Notes under the pieces: model-generated | What the model saw: the letters and a program-made list of their open reading frames with translations, nothing else | Database searches by the model: none | What the model was told of the DNA's origin: nothing | Made by a program: the position numbers and the translations under genes | From: Candidatus Micrarchaeota archaeon | GTDB lineage: Archaea > Micrarchaeota > Micrarchaeia > Anstonellales > Bilamarchaeaceae | Reading direction: 5' to 3' | DNA: 64,000 bases | Assembly: GCA_043827025.1 (NCBI GenBank) | Contig: JBDRPL010000019.1 | Location: 24,273 to 88,272, forward strand | Shown here: in pieces, positions 10,571 to 18,893 of the stretch | How the letters are laid out: every line of letters starts with the position of its first letter | Position numbering within the stretch: the stretch's first letter is position 1

Positions 10571-11809
10571 TTAAGACAAATGCCTTGTCTCGTCTCTTTT
10601 TGGCCCATATGAAAGAACAGTTATCTTCACTCCAGTTTCTTTTTCTATGAACTCCAAGTATTCTTTTGCAAGTTTGGGAACTTCCTTCTTCCAGTCTGGC
10701 TTGCCCCAGCCTTTGAATGTTTTGTAAATAGGTTTTGCTTTTGCTAAATCAACTGGCAAGTCCTTTGTTTTCTTACCATTTACTTCGTATTCTGTGCAAA
10801 CTTTAATTTCATCAAAACCATCAAGTACATCCATCTTTGTTACTACCAATTCAGTTAATCCATTTATCCTGCAGGCATATCTCACAACCACTAAATCTAA
10901 CCATCCGCATCTTCTTGGCCTTCCTGTTGTTGTGCCGAATTCATTGCCATTCTTTCTCAGCATTTCGCCATCCTTGTCATTTAATTCAGTTGGGAAAGGC
11001 CCTTCTCCGACCCTGGTAGTATATGCTTTCACAATTCCAATTACTTTGGTCAGCTTGTTTGGCGGAATTCCAGAGCCAGTGCATGCCGAACCGCTTACTA
11101 TATTTGATGAGGTGACAAAAGGATAGGTTCCATGATCCATATCAAGCATTGTTCCCTGCGCGCCTTCCAGCATCACGCTCTTGTGCCTTTCAATGGCATC
11201 ATTCAATAAAACCTGCGTATCGCAAACATAGGGTTTGATTCGTTTTGCAAACGTCTCGAGTTTGTCATAGATTTTGTCAGCATCCAATTCGACTTTTTGT
11301 CCATACGAGTTAAGTATCTGTTTCTTTATCTTCACAATAAAATTGACCTTTTCTTTCAATCCATCATATAAATCGTAAATTCGTATTGCAGTTACTCTTG
11401 TTGCCTTGTCAGCATAGGTCGGCCCTATTCCTCTTTTTGTCGTTCCAATCTTTCCAGCAGCCTCTATGCCATCAAGCATTAGGTGCCAATCAAGAATAAT
11501 GTGCGCCCTTTCGCTTATTCTGAGCTTCTCAAGTGAATATCCTGCCTTTTCAACCTCATCTATTTCTTTAAGCAGTGTTTCTGGATGAATAACAACTCCG
11601 TTTCCAATGACCTTGTATTTCTCAGGATAAAAAACAGCTGAAGGAATGAGATGAAGGCCGAATTTCGCTTCGCCAACCTTTATAGTATGGCCGGCATTGT
11701 TGCCCCCGTTGAACCTGACAATGTAATCATAATCTCTTGCGAACATATCGATTATTTTGCCCTTTCCTTCGTCTCCCCATTGTGTGCCGATGATAACTGA
11801 AACAGACAT
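10571..11809 (-). CDS. purA: adenylosuccinate synthetase
   Basis: N-terminal GTQWGDEGKGKIID P-loop, NAGHT, GIGPTY and TTGRPRRCGW motifs. 412 aa. Confidence 0.9.
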   Translation of the reverse strand: MSVSVIIGTQWGDEGKGKIIDMFARDYDYIVRFNGGNNAGHTIKVGEAKFGLHLIPSAVFYPEKYKVIGNGVVIHPETLLKEIDEVEKAGYSLEKLRISERAHIILDWHLMLDGIEAAGKIGTTKRGIGPTYADKATRVTAIRIYDLYDGLKEKVNFIVKIKKQILNSYGQKVELDADKIYDKLETFAKRIKPYVCDTQVLLNDAIERHKSVMLEGAQGTMLDMDHGTYPFVTSSNIVSGSACTGSGIPPNKLTKVIGIVKAYTTRVGEGPFPTELNDKDGEMLRKNGNEFGTTTGRPRRCGWLDLVVVRYACRINGLTELVVTKMDVLDGFDEIKVCTEYEVNGKKTKDLPVDLAKAKPIYKTFKGWGKPDWKKEVPKLAKEYLEFIEKETGVKITVLSYGPKRDETRHLS

Positions 11810-11842
11810 GCTTTTGTATTAATTAGTTTCATTTTAAAATAC

Positions 11843-11863
11843 TTGATGGAATTCGATTCCATC
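11843..11863. promoter_or_regulatory. perfect 9-bp inverted repeat (TGATGGAAT-tcg-ATTCCATCA) beside the purA TATA box (ATTTTAAAA)
   Basis: Seen directly. The hairpin/operator-like palindrome lies 3' of the upstream gene and just upstream of the putative purA BRE/TATA. It could be a terminator or a repressor site. Confidence 0.35.
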
Positions 11864-11891
11864 AATTCTGCCGGAAGTTCTCTGCTTGACG

Positions 11892-12581
11892 CTATTGCGG
11901 AACAATTTCCCTGAAAAATCCGCCAGATATTAATACGGATTCCCGGATAGGGATTATGTCTTTGCCCATTACTCTTGCGATTGCAATATACTTCCATCCA
12001 GGAACTTCCTCCCGGATCTTCAGGAAGTATTGCAGAACAAAATCAACCATTGGGACAACAATGTTTCCTTTTCCATCGCAAATATCATCCAATTCTATGT
12101 AAGGTATTGCGGCATAGCTGATTTCTCTTATGGCAGTGCATTTTTGACTCAGCATTAGATACTCCAACCTAATTCCTTTTCTTAGATTTTCTGTCATTCC
12201 TGCTAATGGGAATACCCTACAGTTATGAGGCTTGACTTCATGAACAAGACACGCTCTTTCTGAAAGCAGATAGCAGTCCCCATTGAAATTACTATACAAT
12301 CCCACGTCTTGGCCTCCTTGTGATATTGTAATTGCAGTATTGATGCCTCTTCCATATGTTAATTCTCTTCCATGCATTTTTTCTCTGATTTTTCGGCCTT
12401 CGCCGTCTTTGAGAGGTACGAATGAGTTCCGTATCCCCCAATTTCTGCAGCATTCTCCGCATGAAGTGCACTGCTTTTTTGCGAAAACCTCCCCGATTTT
12501 TTCCCTGGCATTCGCTGGCCTTTTTGGCAATTTGTTTACAACTATTCTCTGCTTCGGAAGTCTTTCGATTAGCGATGTCAT
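11892..12581 (-). CDS. YkgJ/UPF0153-family putative Fe-S or Zn-chelating protein
   Basis: CxxCGxCC motif (CTSCGECC) plus further conserved Cys, typical of the PF03692-like family. 229 aa. Confidence 0.5.
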   Translation of the reverse strand: MTSLIERLPKQRIVVNKLPKRPANAREKIGEVFAKKQCTSCGECCRNWGIRNSFVPLKDGEGRKIREKMHGRELTYGRGINTAITISQGGQDVGLYSNFNGDCYLLSERACLVHEVKPHNCRVFPLAGMTENLRKGIRLEYLMLSQKCTAIREISYAAIPYIELDDICDGKGNIVVPMVDFVLQYFLKIREEVPGWKYIAIARVMGKDIIPIRESVLISGGFFREIVPQ

Positions 12582-12619
12582 TTCAGAACTATTGTGTATA
12601 TAAATGTTTTTAAATGAGC

Positions 12620-13255
12620 TTATTTCTTAATTTCCTTTTTGTATTCCAGATAAGAGTAAACAATGATCCCTAGCGAAACCAGCAATATCGGCACTATGAT
12701 TATCCAGATTGCGTATTGCTTAGGTGCAAATATCCCCAACAGGGCAATCACTCCGCAAATCCTGAACAGTTTTCCGCCAAGTGCGTGCGTCTTATTCCAG
12801 ACATTTTCATTTGAAAGAGTCCATGGCGTCCTTATCCCTATGAACCAGTTCATCTTTGCCTTTTCCAAAAGCGTTCCTGTGTAATAGAATATTGCAGCTA
12901 TGCCTATGCCCATCGGATAACTGACGGGTATATCATATCCCATATTCGAGACGATGATGAACGATTCCATCATCAGCATGAAAAGAAGCATGATGCTTAT
13001 GAATGTGTCATACTCTTTTTCGAAACCCTTTGCGTTTTTGCGCATTGGGTCAAAGCCAGGCAAGTACTTCATAAGGGCATAAATCATCAGTGTGATCACA
13101 GGAAGCAAGAACAGTCCTAAGGGCTTGTCCATATGCCCGTTTGGATTTCCCTCGGCATCCCAATGGCTTATCACTTTGTCAGGAACCTGTCCGTAGAAAT
13201 ATATTGGTAATATGAACAACAGAAGAATTACTGCTAATTGGATGTATCGCATCAT
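12620..13255 (-). CDS. DUF1648/SdpI-like integral membrane protein
   Basis: N-terminal TM followed by a HWDAEGNPNG-type motif (DUF1648-like) and four more TM helices. 211 aa. Confidence 0.45.
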   Translation of the reverse strand: MMRYIQLAVILLLFILPIYFYGQVPDKVISHWDAEGNPNGHMDKPLGLFLLPVITLMIYALMKYLPGFDPMRKNAKGFEKEYDTFISIMLLFMLMMESFIIVSNMGYDIPVSYPMGIGIAAIFYYTGTLLEKAKMNWFIGIRTPWTLSNENVWNKTHALGGKLFRICGVIALLGIFAPKQYAIWIIIVPILLVSLGIIVYSYLEYKKEIKK

Positions 13256-13306
13256 GTATCATAAATAGAAAAAAGAATTAAAGAGGTTATGGGTTTTTGT
13301 TTTGAA

Positions 13307-14233
13307 TCAGATTCCAATCTCCTCTCCAGGAACCTTTGGAAACAACACCGCATCCCTTATGTGTGCCTTGCCTGTCAGATATCTAACGAGCCTTTCGACT
13401 CCGAATCCGCCACCTGCGGTTTTCTTGAGCAAACCTTTCTTTGCGATTTCAAGATATGGCCGGTAAGCATCAAGGCTTGTCTTTCTTTCCTTCATCTTTC
13501 TGACAATTACATCGTACTCTGTCTCTCGTTCAGCACCAGACATCGCCTCTCCGAAACCCTCAGGATAAACCAAATCATAGTTGATATGCTTCTTTGTTGT
13601 TGGATCTTCCCGATCGTAAAACTCACGATAATGATCTGTTATCCAGAAAGGCTCCTTCTCCATTTTTGAAACATGTGATTCAAAATCATCCCCGTATTTC
13701 TGCTTTAGTTCAACTGAATCATATACTTTGAATGGTTTTTCCAAGTCAGGGATTATTCTTCCAAGCCTCTTCAGTTCTTCAGCGCATTTTTTCTTCACGA
13801 ACTCGAATACGTATGCGTAAAGCCTTTCAGTGAACTTCCTGAACTCTTCTGAACTTGCGCCTCTGAGTTCAATATCTACCTGACTGAATTCAAGCAGATG
13901 CCTTCCGCTCTTTCCCCTTTCTTCTTTCTCAAGCCTGATGTTCGGAGAAATTATGTAGATTCCTTTGACATCAGACCTAATCATGGAAAGCTGTTTGTGC
14001 AATATCATGCTCTTCATCAACTCCAGCCTCTGGTCTCCATAATGAAGCGAGGCATCATAAACAGAGTGATTAAGGGGATCTGTGACTGTGGATAGCATCA
14101 CAGGCATCAATTGCGTCATTTTCTCTTTCCACATGAAATCGCTGATGGCTCTCAGCACTGCTGTTTGTATTGACATGATGTCTTTCATTTCCGGTTTCAT
14201 GAGTTTCTCTATTGTTTTTTCCATCTTTACCAA
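13307..14233 (-). CDS. asnA: class II aaRS catalytic-core paralog without an anticodon-binding domain, probably archaeal-type asparagine synthetase A (AsnA-like)
   Basis: 308 aa with class II motif 2/3-like segments (RHLLEFSQVDIE, GGGFGVERLVRYLTG...FPKVP). No N-terminal OB domain. The size fits AsnRS-derived archaeal AsnA. Confidence 0.5.
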   Translation of the reverse strand: MVKMEKTIEKLMKPEMKDIMSIQTAVLRAISDFMWKEKMTQLMPVMLSTVTDPLNHSVYDASLHYGDQRLELMKSMILHKQLSMIRSDVKGIYIISPNIRLEKEERGKSGRHLLEFSQVDIELRGASSEEFRKFTERLYAYVFEFVKKKCAEELKRLGRIIPDLEKPFKVYDSVELKQKYGDDFESHVSKMEKEPFWITDHYREFYDREDPTTKKHINYDLVYPEGFGEAMSGAERETEYDVIVRKMKERKTSLDAYRPYLEIAKKGLLKKTAGGGFGVERLVRYLTGKAHIRDAVLFPKVPGEEIGI

Positions 14234-14346
14234 TCCTCTGTTTTATTCATTGCATTTGACGTGGTATAAATACATTTTGCCAAAATTATGGCAAAAACTG
14301 CCAAAAATGCATTAATTTATAAAGAGTTTGGAACATATGTTCCATA

Positions 14347-14799
14347 GTGAACTACAGCCTCGATGAAAAAGACCAGTTGATTCTGGATACGCTGAAGGAG
14401 CGTAGCGATTCAACAACCCGCCAAATCGCAAAGAAAACGCTCCTTCCTCCTACCACCATTCATAATCGTATAAGGAAGCTCAAGGAAGCAGGAATAATCA
14501 AACGATTTACTATTGAGATTGACGAGAACAAGGCTGGAAACAAAGTTTTGGCCTATGTCCTGGTCTCAGCAGATCTTAAGCTACTCAAGGAAAAGAAGAA
14601 GACGCAATATGATCTTGCAAATGACATAAGGAAGTTTGGATTCGTGAGGCGAGTTGATATTGTTGCAGGAGTGACGGATCTTGTTGCTATGGTTAGGGTA
14701 AAGGACATGGAAGAATTCGATAAAATGTTATTAGGAAAGTTACAGCTCATTGAAGGAGTGGACAAGACGCAGACAATGATTGTGATACATGAGAAATAA
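14347..14799 (+). CDS. Lrp/AsnC-family transcriptional regulator
   Basis: N-terminal HTH (LDEKDQLILDTLKERSDSTTRQIAKKTLLPPTTIHNRIRKL) and a C-terminal RAM domain. 150 aa. The predicted start is GTG. It is divergent from the asnA-like gene. Confidence 0.8.
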   Translation: MNYSLDEKDQLILDTLKERSDSTTRQIAKKTLLPPTTIHNRIRKLKEAGIIKRFTIEIDENKAGNKVLAYVLVSADLKLLKEKKKTQYDLANDIRKFGFVRRVDIVAGVTDLVAMVRVKDMEEFDKMLLGKLQLIEGVDKTQTMIVIHEK

Positions 14800-14860
14800 A
14801 AAAACATCCTCCATTAGTTCGAACTGCACTTCGTTTCATTCAAGGATGTCGTTTTTTGTA
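14800..14860 (+). terminator. hairpin followed by a T-run downstream of the Lrp gene
   Basis: CATCC...GGATG stem followed by TCGTTTTTTGT. Archaeal terminators are oligo-T tracts. Confidence 0.35.
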
Positions 14861-14904
14861 AAATAAAAAAATCGCCATGGCAAGAACGCATTCGTTCTTG
14901 ACTG

Positions 14905-14933
14905 TCGAAATTTTTTTTAAGAAAAAAAATTTC
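14905..14933 (-). terminator. AT-only inverted repeat and oligo-T immediately 3' of the tRNA-Ser (GAAATTTTTTTT-AA-GAAAAAAAATTTC)
   Basis: Seen directly. On the minus strand this gives a U-run directly after the tRNA discriminator base. Confidence 0.4.
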
Positions 14934-15058
14934 GCCAAGGACCGGATTTGAACCAGTAATTCCTTGCGGAACTAGATTTCAAGTCTAGCGCACTACCGGG
15001 TTGCATGCTCTGCGTGCAATTTTGAACGCGCACGTTCAAAGCTTTATGCGACCTTGGC
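14934..15058 (-). tRNA. tRNA-Ser (anticodon UGA), with an apparent ~40-nt non-canonical intron in the D-loop
   Basis: Minus-strand fold: acceptor GCCAAGG/CCUUGGC plus discriminator G; anticodon arm CUAGA-CUUGAAA-UCUAG (U33, UGA at 34-36, A37); long variable arm UUCCGCAAGGAAUU (class II); T-arm ACUGG-UUCAAAU-CCGGU. The acceptor 5' strand is 62 nt from the anticodon stem, not ~20, which implies an insertion of about 40 nt in the D-loop region. The proposed D-stem is GCAU/GUGC. Confidence 0.6.
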
Positions 15059-15139
15059 GAATGAATATGAGCCATGGTTATTTACCGAGAAGGTAAATTC
15101 ACCCTTGGCAACGAACGTGAGTGAGTCTCAAAATTACTA

Positions 15140-16105
15140 TTGTTCTGGCAAACGTTTTTATTGTTTCCTTCTGAGAATATGTTTATGAATTCTGTAAATA
15201 TGAACAAAGATAGCAAGTTTATCGACAATATGTCTTCGATATACGGGCGTTTTTTCACTGTGAAGAGAGTTATCGCAAAGAAAAAAACAAAATATCAGGA
15301 ACTTGAACTAATAGATACTCCTGCATACGGGAAGATGATGATTCTTGACGGCAAACCGCAGATCGCAGAGTATGGCGATTATTTTTATCACGAGCCTTTG
15401 GCCCAGCTACCTATGTTTTGTGCAAAAGATCCCAAGAGAGTTTTGATTATAGGTGGCGGGGATGGCGGTTCTCCAAGAGAGGTCCTGAAGCACAATGTGA
15501 AGCAAGTAGACATGGTTGAACTTGACGAGGATGTCATAAAATTCGCTAAAGAGTACCTTAGGTTCGTCTGTAAGGATTCCTATGAAGATAAGAGGTTGAA
15601 TCTGCATATTGGAGATGGAAGGGCATTCGTAGAAGCGCAATTGAAGAAAGGTGAAAAATACGACGTAATCATTTCTGACCTCACTGATCCTTTCGGACCT
15701 TCGAAAATGCTTTATACCAAGGAATTCTACACCATGGTGAAGAAATTGCTTAATAAAGGCGGCGTATTCTCAACACATTGTGAATTTCCATTAATGTTTA
15801 AAGATGCGTTTCCGACAGTAACCACTACTCTGAATTCTGTGTTTCCACATGCTGTTTTTTCATATGTATTCGTTCCGGCATATGGCGACCTTATGGTTTT
15901 TGGCTCGTTTTCCGCAGAAAAGATAGATGAGGTTGCGGTCAGGTCGAATGTCCTGAAAAAGCAAAAATCCCTTGACCTGAAGATGCTGGGCACTATGGCG
16001 ATGGGATTCCCTCGATTTTTGGAACCTTTGATGAAGTATGGGAAAGTGTCGACCGATGCGGACCCATATGAGATTGATGAATCTCAGACAGGTGTTCAAT
16101 ACTAA
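15140..16105 (+). CDS. speE: spermidine synthase / polyamine aminopropyltransferase
   Basis: VLIIGGGDGG, a DMVELD-type motif and DGRAFVE, in the spacing typical of SpeE. The true start may be an internal Met (MNKDS...). Confidence 0.75.
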   Translation: MFWQTFLLFPSENMFMNSVNMNKDSKFIDNMSSIYGRFFTVKRVIAKKKTKYQELELIDTPAYGKMMILDGKPQIAEYGDYFYHEPLAQLPMFCAKDPKRVLIIGGGDGGSPREVLKHNVKQVDMVELDEDVIKFAKEYLRFVCKDSYEDKRLNLHIGDGRAFVEAQLKKGEKYDVIISDLTDPFGPSKMLYTKEFYTMVKKLLNKGGVFSTHCEFPLMFKDAFPTVTTTLNSVFPHAVFSYVFVPAYGDLMVFGSFSAEKIDEVAVRSNVLKKQKSLDLKMLGTMAMGFPRFLEPLMKYGKVSTDADPYEIDESQTGVQY

Positions 16106-16107
16106 AC

Positions 16108-16560
16108 TCATACTTCAAAATAAGTCTTAAATTTCTCAGTCAGTGTGAGTTTCGAAGTTCTTCCTTCTTTTCTTTGCCTTATGAATCCGTTTTCTACAAG
16201 TTCCCGTACATCATCATAAATCTGCGGACCTATTTTTTTGACCAGGTCGGACTTGAGCATTTCATTGTGTTTTGAAAGATATGCAAGGGTCCTCAATGCA
16301 TTTTTGCTTATCTCTGTTTCTTTGGCGAATTGTTTCACCTTTTCAATGTGTTCCCCCTTTATTTTCATCACGTATTTTCCATCTACCTCTGAGATTTCTA
16401 TGGCACTTCCTCTTTCTTCATAGTCTTTCTTGAGTTCCTGGATGGCGTTCTGCAGGTATCCTACTGCGCCTATGCCTGTGAGTGTCTTGAATTCCTCGAC
16501 CCCCATGGCCCTTGAGCTTAGGAAAAGGGCAGCCTCTATCATTTTTTTTTCATCGCTCAT
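16108..16560 (-). CDS. scpB: segregation and condensation protein B (ScpB) homolog
   Basis: 150 aa. N-terminal IEAALFLS motif and tandem winged-helix pattern typical of ScpB. Confidence 0.6.
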   Translation of the reverse strand: MSDEKKMIEAALFLSSRAMGVEEFKTLTGIGAVGYLQNAIQELKKDYEERGSAIEISEVDGKYVMKIKGEHIEKVKQFAKETEISKNALRTLAYLSKHNEMLKSDLVKKIGPQIYDDVRELVENGFIRQRKEGRTSKLTLTEKFKTYFEV

Positions 16561-17078
16561 TTTTTTAACCCCAAATATGTTATGAGTTCTCCAGTGTGGT
16601 TTACTTCGTCAATATTCTTTTTGTCAACAAGTGCTTTTAATATCTTCCCAATGGTTTTTTTCACGTTTCTTTTTGAAGTGTCAATCTCGACTATGCAATT
16701 ATATTTCTGTGTACTGTTTATGGAACAATAATCAAGAAGTTCGGCCATGGCATTTTCCTCGATTTTCTTTTTTGAATAGCCTCTTTTCTTCAACCTTTTT
16801 CGGAGCTCCTTGATTTTGGTTCTCAAGACAAACACTATGTCAAGGCTTATCCTTACTTCGCAGAGCAGGTGCCCTTCTATGACGAAATCCTTCTTTTTGG
16901 CAACTTCTTTTTTGATTTCTTTTTCAAGTTTTTTTGTATCCACTTCTATCCCGGAAACAAGTTTCTTTTTTCTGGCAAGTTTTTTTATGTCAATTAGTTC
17001 ACATCCAAGTTTAGTAGCCAGTAATTTCGCAAGCGTTGTTTTTCCGCATCCAGGAGTCCCAGCAATCCCAATCTTCAA
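16557..17078 (-). CDS. Fap7/adenylate kinase 6-like P-loop kinase
   Basis: 173 aa with N-terminal IGIAGTPGCGKTT Walker A. Size and layout match archaeal Fap7-type AK. Confidence 0.5.
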   Translation of the reverse strand: MKIGIAGTPGCGKTTLAKLLATKLGCELIDIKKLARKKKLVSGIEVDTKKLEKEIKKEVAKKKDFVIEGHLLCEVRISLDIVFVLRTKIKELRKRLKKRGYSKKKIEENAMAELLDYCSINSTQKYNCIVEIDTSKRNVKKTIGKILKALVDKKNIDEVNHTGELITYLGLKK

Positions 17079-17091
17079 TCAATCGACCTTT

Positions 17092-17415
17092 TCAGAGCTT
17101 TTTTGCCAATGCTGCAAGATATTTCTTTGCAAGGTTCAGGGTTTCCTGGCCTTTTGCAGTCATCTTGTAGTATTTTCTTCTTTCTTTGAATGTTGATTCT
17201 ATTATTTTTTCGCCTTCAAGTTTGTAAAGCACAAGGTATATCATAACTCTGCCAGGTTTGAAGCCGAATTTCAATTCGATATCAGTTACAAGTGAATATG
17301 CATAAACTTCTTTTTTTGATTTTATGAGCGAAAGGATGTAAAGCCATATATTTCCCACTGTAAGTGCCTGCCTCAGCCGTTTGGCAGGCAGGGCATCTTG
17401 GCGATTCATTTTCAT
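17092..17415 (-). CDS. PadR-family transcriptional regulator
   Basis: PadR signature (NIWLYILSLI...YAYSLV...FGF...YLVLYKLE...RKYYKMT). An internal Met at 17415 gives an ATGA overlap with the upstream gene's stop; the ORF-track frame extends to 17448. Confidence 0.6.
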   Translation of the reverse strand: MKMNRQDALPAKRLRQALTVGNIWLYILSLIKSKKEVYAYSLVTDIELKFGFKPGRVMIYLVLYKLEGEKIIESTFKERRKYYKMTAKGQETLNLAKKYLAALAKKL

Positions 17416-18650
17416 CCTTCCTGCGATTGTTTCGTATAATATACGCACATATCTCGTTCAGCAAATGTTTCTATTTTGTTGCATATGCTTGGATCTTTTT
17501 GAGTTCTTGCTACAGATGTGTAACATTGGTTTCTCCAGTCATCTGCTGCAACTCCGTCACAATCGCTGACTTCTTTGACGTCCTGTCGTATTATCGTAGC
17601 TTCATAGCACTGTATTTTGTGAGGTACACTCGCAAGGTTTTCGCAGATTTCAGGTTTTGTGTACTTTTTCGCTACGTCGAAATAGCAGTTATTCCTTGAA
17701 ATCTGGGCATAGGTTTGGTCTATCAGATTGCAGCCTTCAATGTTGTTTGTTTCAAGTGCATAATTCGCATAGCAATTCCATCTCCTGTTTTCATCTATAT
17801 CTATATTTGCGCATATTTTTGGGTTATTATCATTCACTGCAAAATAATAGTAGCAGTCGTATGCAAATTGGTTGCCTGGCGCGCTTATCTTTCCGCATAG
17901 GTAATTCTCATTTGTTTTTGTTGCATACATCTGATAACAATAATCTCTTTTTGAAACAGTAGTAATCTCTTTGCAGACGTCTTTGTCTTCTACTATGCTT
18001 TTGCATGCGCCAACTTTGCTTGCATCCTCCATCTCATCGCATGCTTCTGATGATTTGTATTTTGATATATATTCAAAAATGCAATCTTCGTTTCCTTCGC
18101 AGTAGCGATAATCTTTTTTATCGAGCGCCATGCACGTATTTTTCGGTTCGGCTTCTCCATAAAAGCAGGGATCTATGGATAATATACACTCCCTTCTATC
18201 TCCGTTTTCTAGGTTATTGCATGGTTCTATGGACGAGCCTTCCTTGGCAAGCTTGTATATGCAGCTCTTTTTCACTTCATACTCAGAAACAAGTGCGCAT
18301 GCTTCCAATACTTTTCCAGAAAGTGCCTTGTAGCAGATTTCTTTATTCGTATCGTTGAGCCTGCTGCATTCTTCTACGTCGCTCTGTGCTATTGCATTTT
18401 GCAATTTGCAGACTTCATCGCAGAAATATGTAGTATCCCTTTCGTTTATTATTATAGTCACATTTTCTACTCCATTGCCGTTTTTCGAGCCGTTTGGTAT
18501 GATCAGGAATGCTATGGCTATGGACATTACAGCTATGGCGCAGATTATTGCAATTGCCATCCAAGGTGATTTTTTTTCCTTCGTAGGAGGTATTGATGCG
18601 TGTCCAGTATCCTTCTTATGCTGCCTTGGGATGTATCCTTTATCGTCCAT
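17412..18650 (-). CDS. membrane-anchored Cys-rich repeat protein (N-terminal TM, about seven ~30-aa C-x-CY repeats)
   Basis: N-terminal cytoplasmic tail plus one TM (WMAIAIICAIAVMSIAIAFLII), then repeats such as RDYCYQMYA..C, NCYANYA..C, NCYFDVA..C, QCYEATI..C, QCYTSVA..C. No known family recognised. Confidence 0.5.
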   Translation of the reverse strand: MDDKGYIPRQHKKDTGHASIPPTKEKKSPWMAIAIICAIAVMSIAIAFLIIPNGSKNGNGVENVTIIINERDTTYFCDEVCKLQNAIAQSDVEECSRLNDTNKEICYKALSGKVLEACALVSEYEVKKSCIYKLAKEGSSIEPCNNLENGDRRECILSIDPCFYGEAEPKNTCMALDKKDYRYCEGNEDCIFEYISKYKSSEACDEMEDASKVGACKSIVEDKDVCKEITTVSKRDYCYQMYATKTNENYLCGKISAPGNQFAYDCYYYFAVNDNNPKICANIDIDENRRWNCYANYALETNNIEGCNLIDQTYAQISRNNCYFDVAKKYTKPEICENLASVPHKIQCYEATIIRQDVKEVSDCDGVAADDWRNQCYTSVARTQKDPSICNKIETFAERDMCVYYTKQSQEG

Positions 18651-18893
18651 GGGCTACCTAACTAAGTTAAAATTTATATATTCAACCGTCCGAAACATCC
18701 GGATATCATGTTTGTTTTTACACTTTTGTGTTTATGTGATTCACTCGGAAAAAGTTTGGTATTTAAACAGTGGTGGTGTAGTCTATTTCCTTTTGAAAAA
18801 AAGTAGAGGTGGGGGGTGAGATGGAGCCTTTGGGTGTACCATCTTGCCTCAAAAAGCTTTTTGTGTCATTGAATTTTTTGGTGATTTCTGTTT

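Noticed and set aside
14905-14933. AT-only 12-bp inverted repeat next to the tRNA, considered as a repeat-array or att-site remnant
   Set aside because: It is a single copy with no spacers or further repeats (not CRISPR), and no integrase or direct duplicate of the tRNA 3' end lies nearby. Its position and U-run fit a tRNA terminator.
14800-15139. Possible second tRNA or split tRNA halves flanking tRNA-Ser (the CCATGGC / CCTTGGC-containing segments at ~14875 and ~15103)
   Set aside because: The segments share only ~11/16 positions with each other and do not fold into cloverleaf elements. They are more likely fortuitous or terminator/promoter hairpins.
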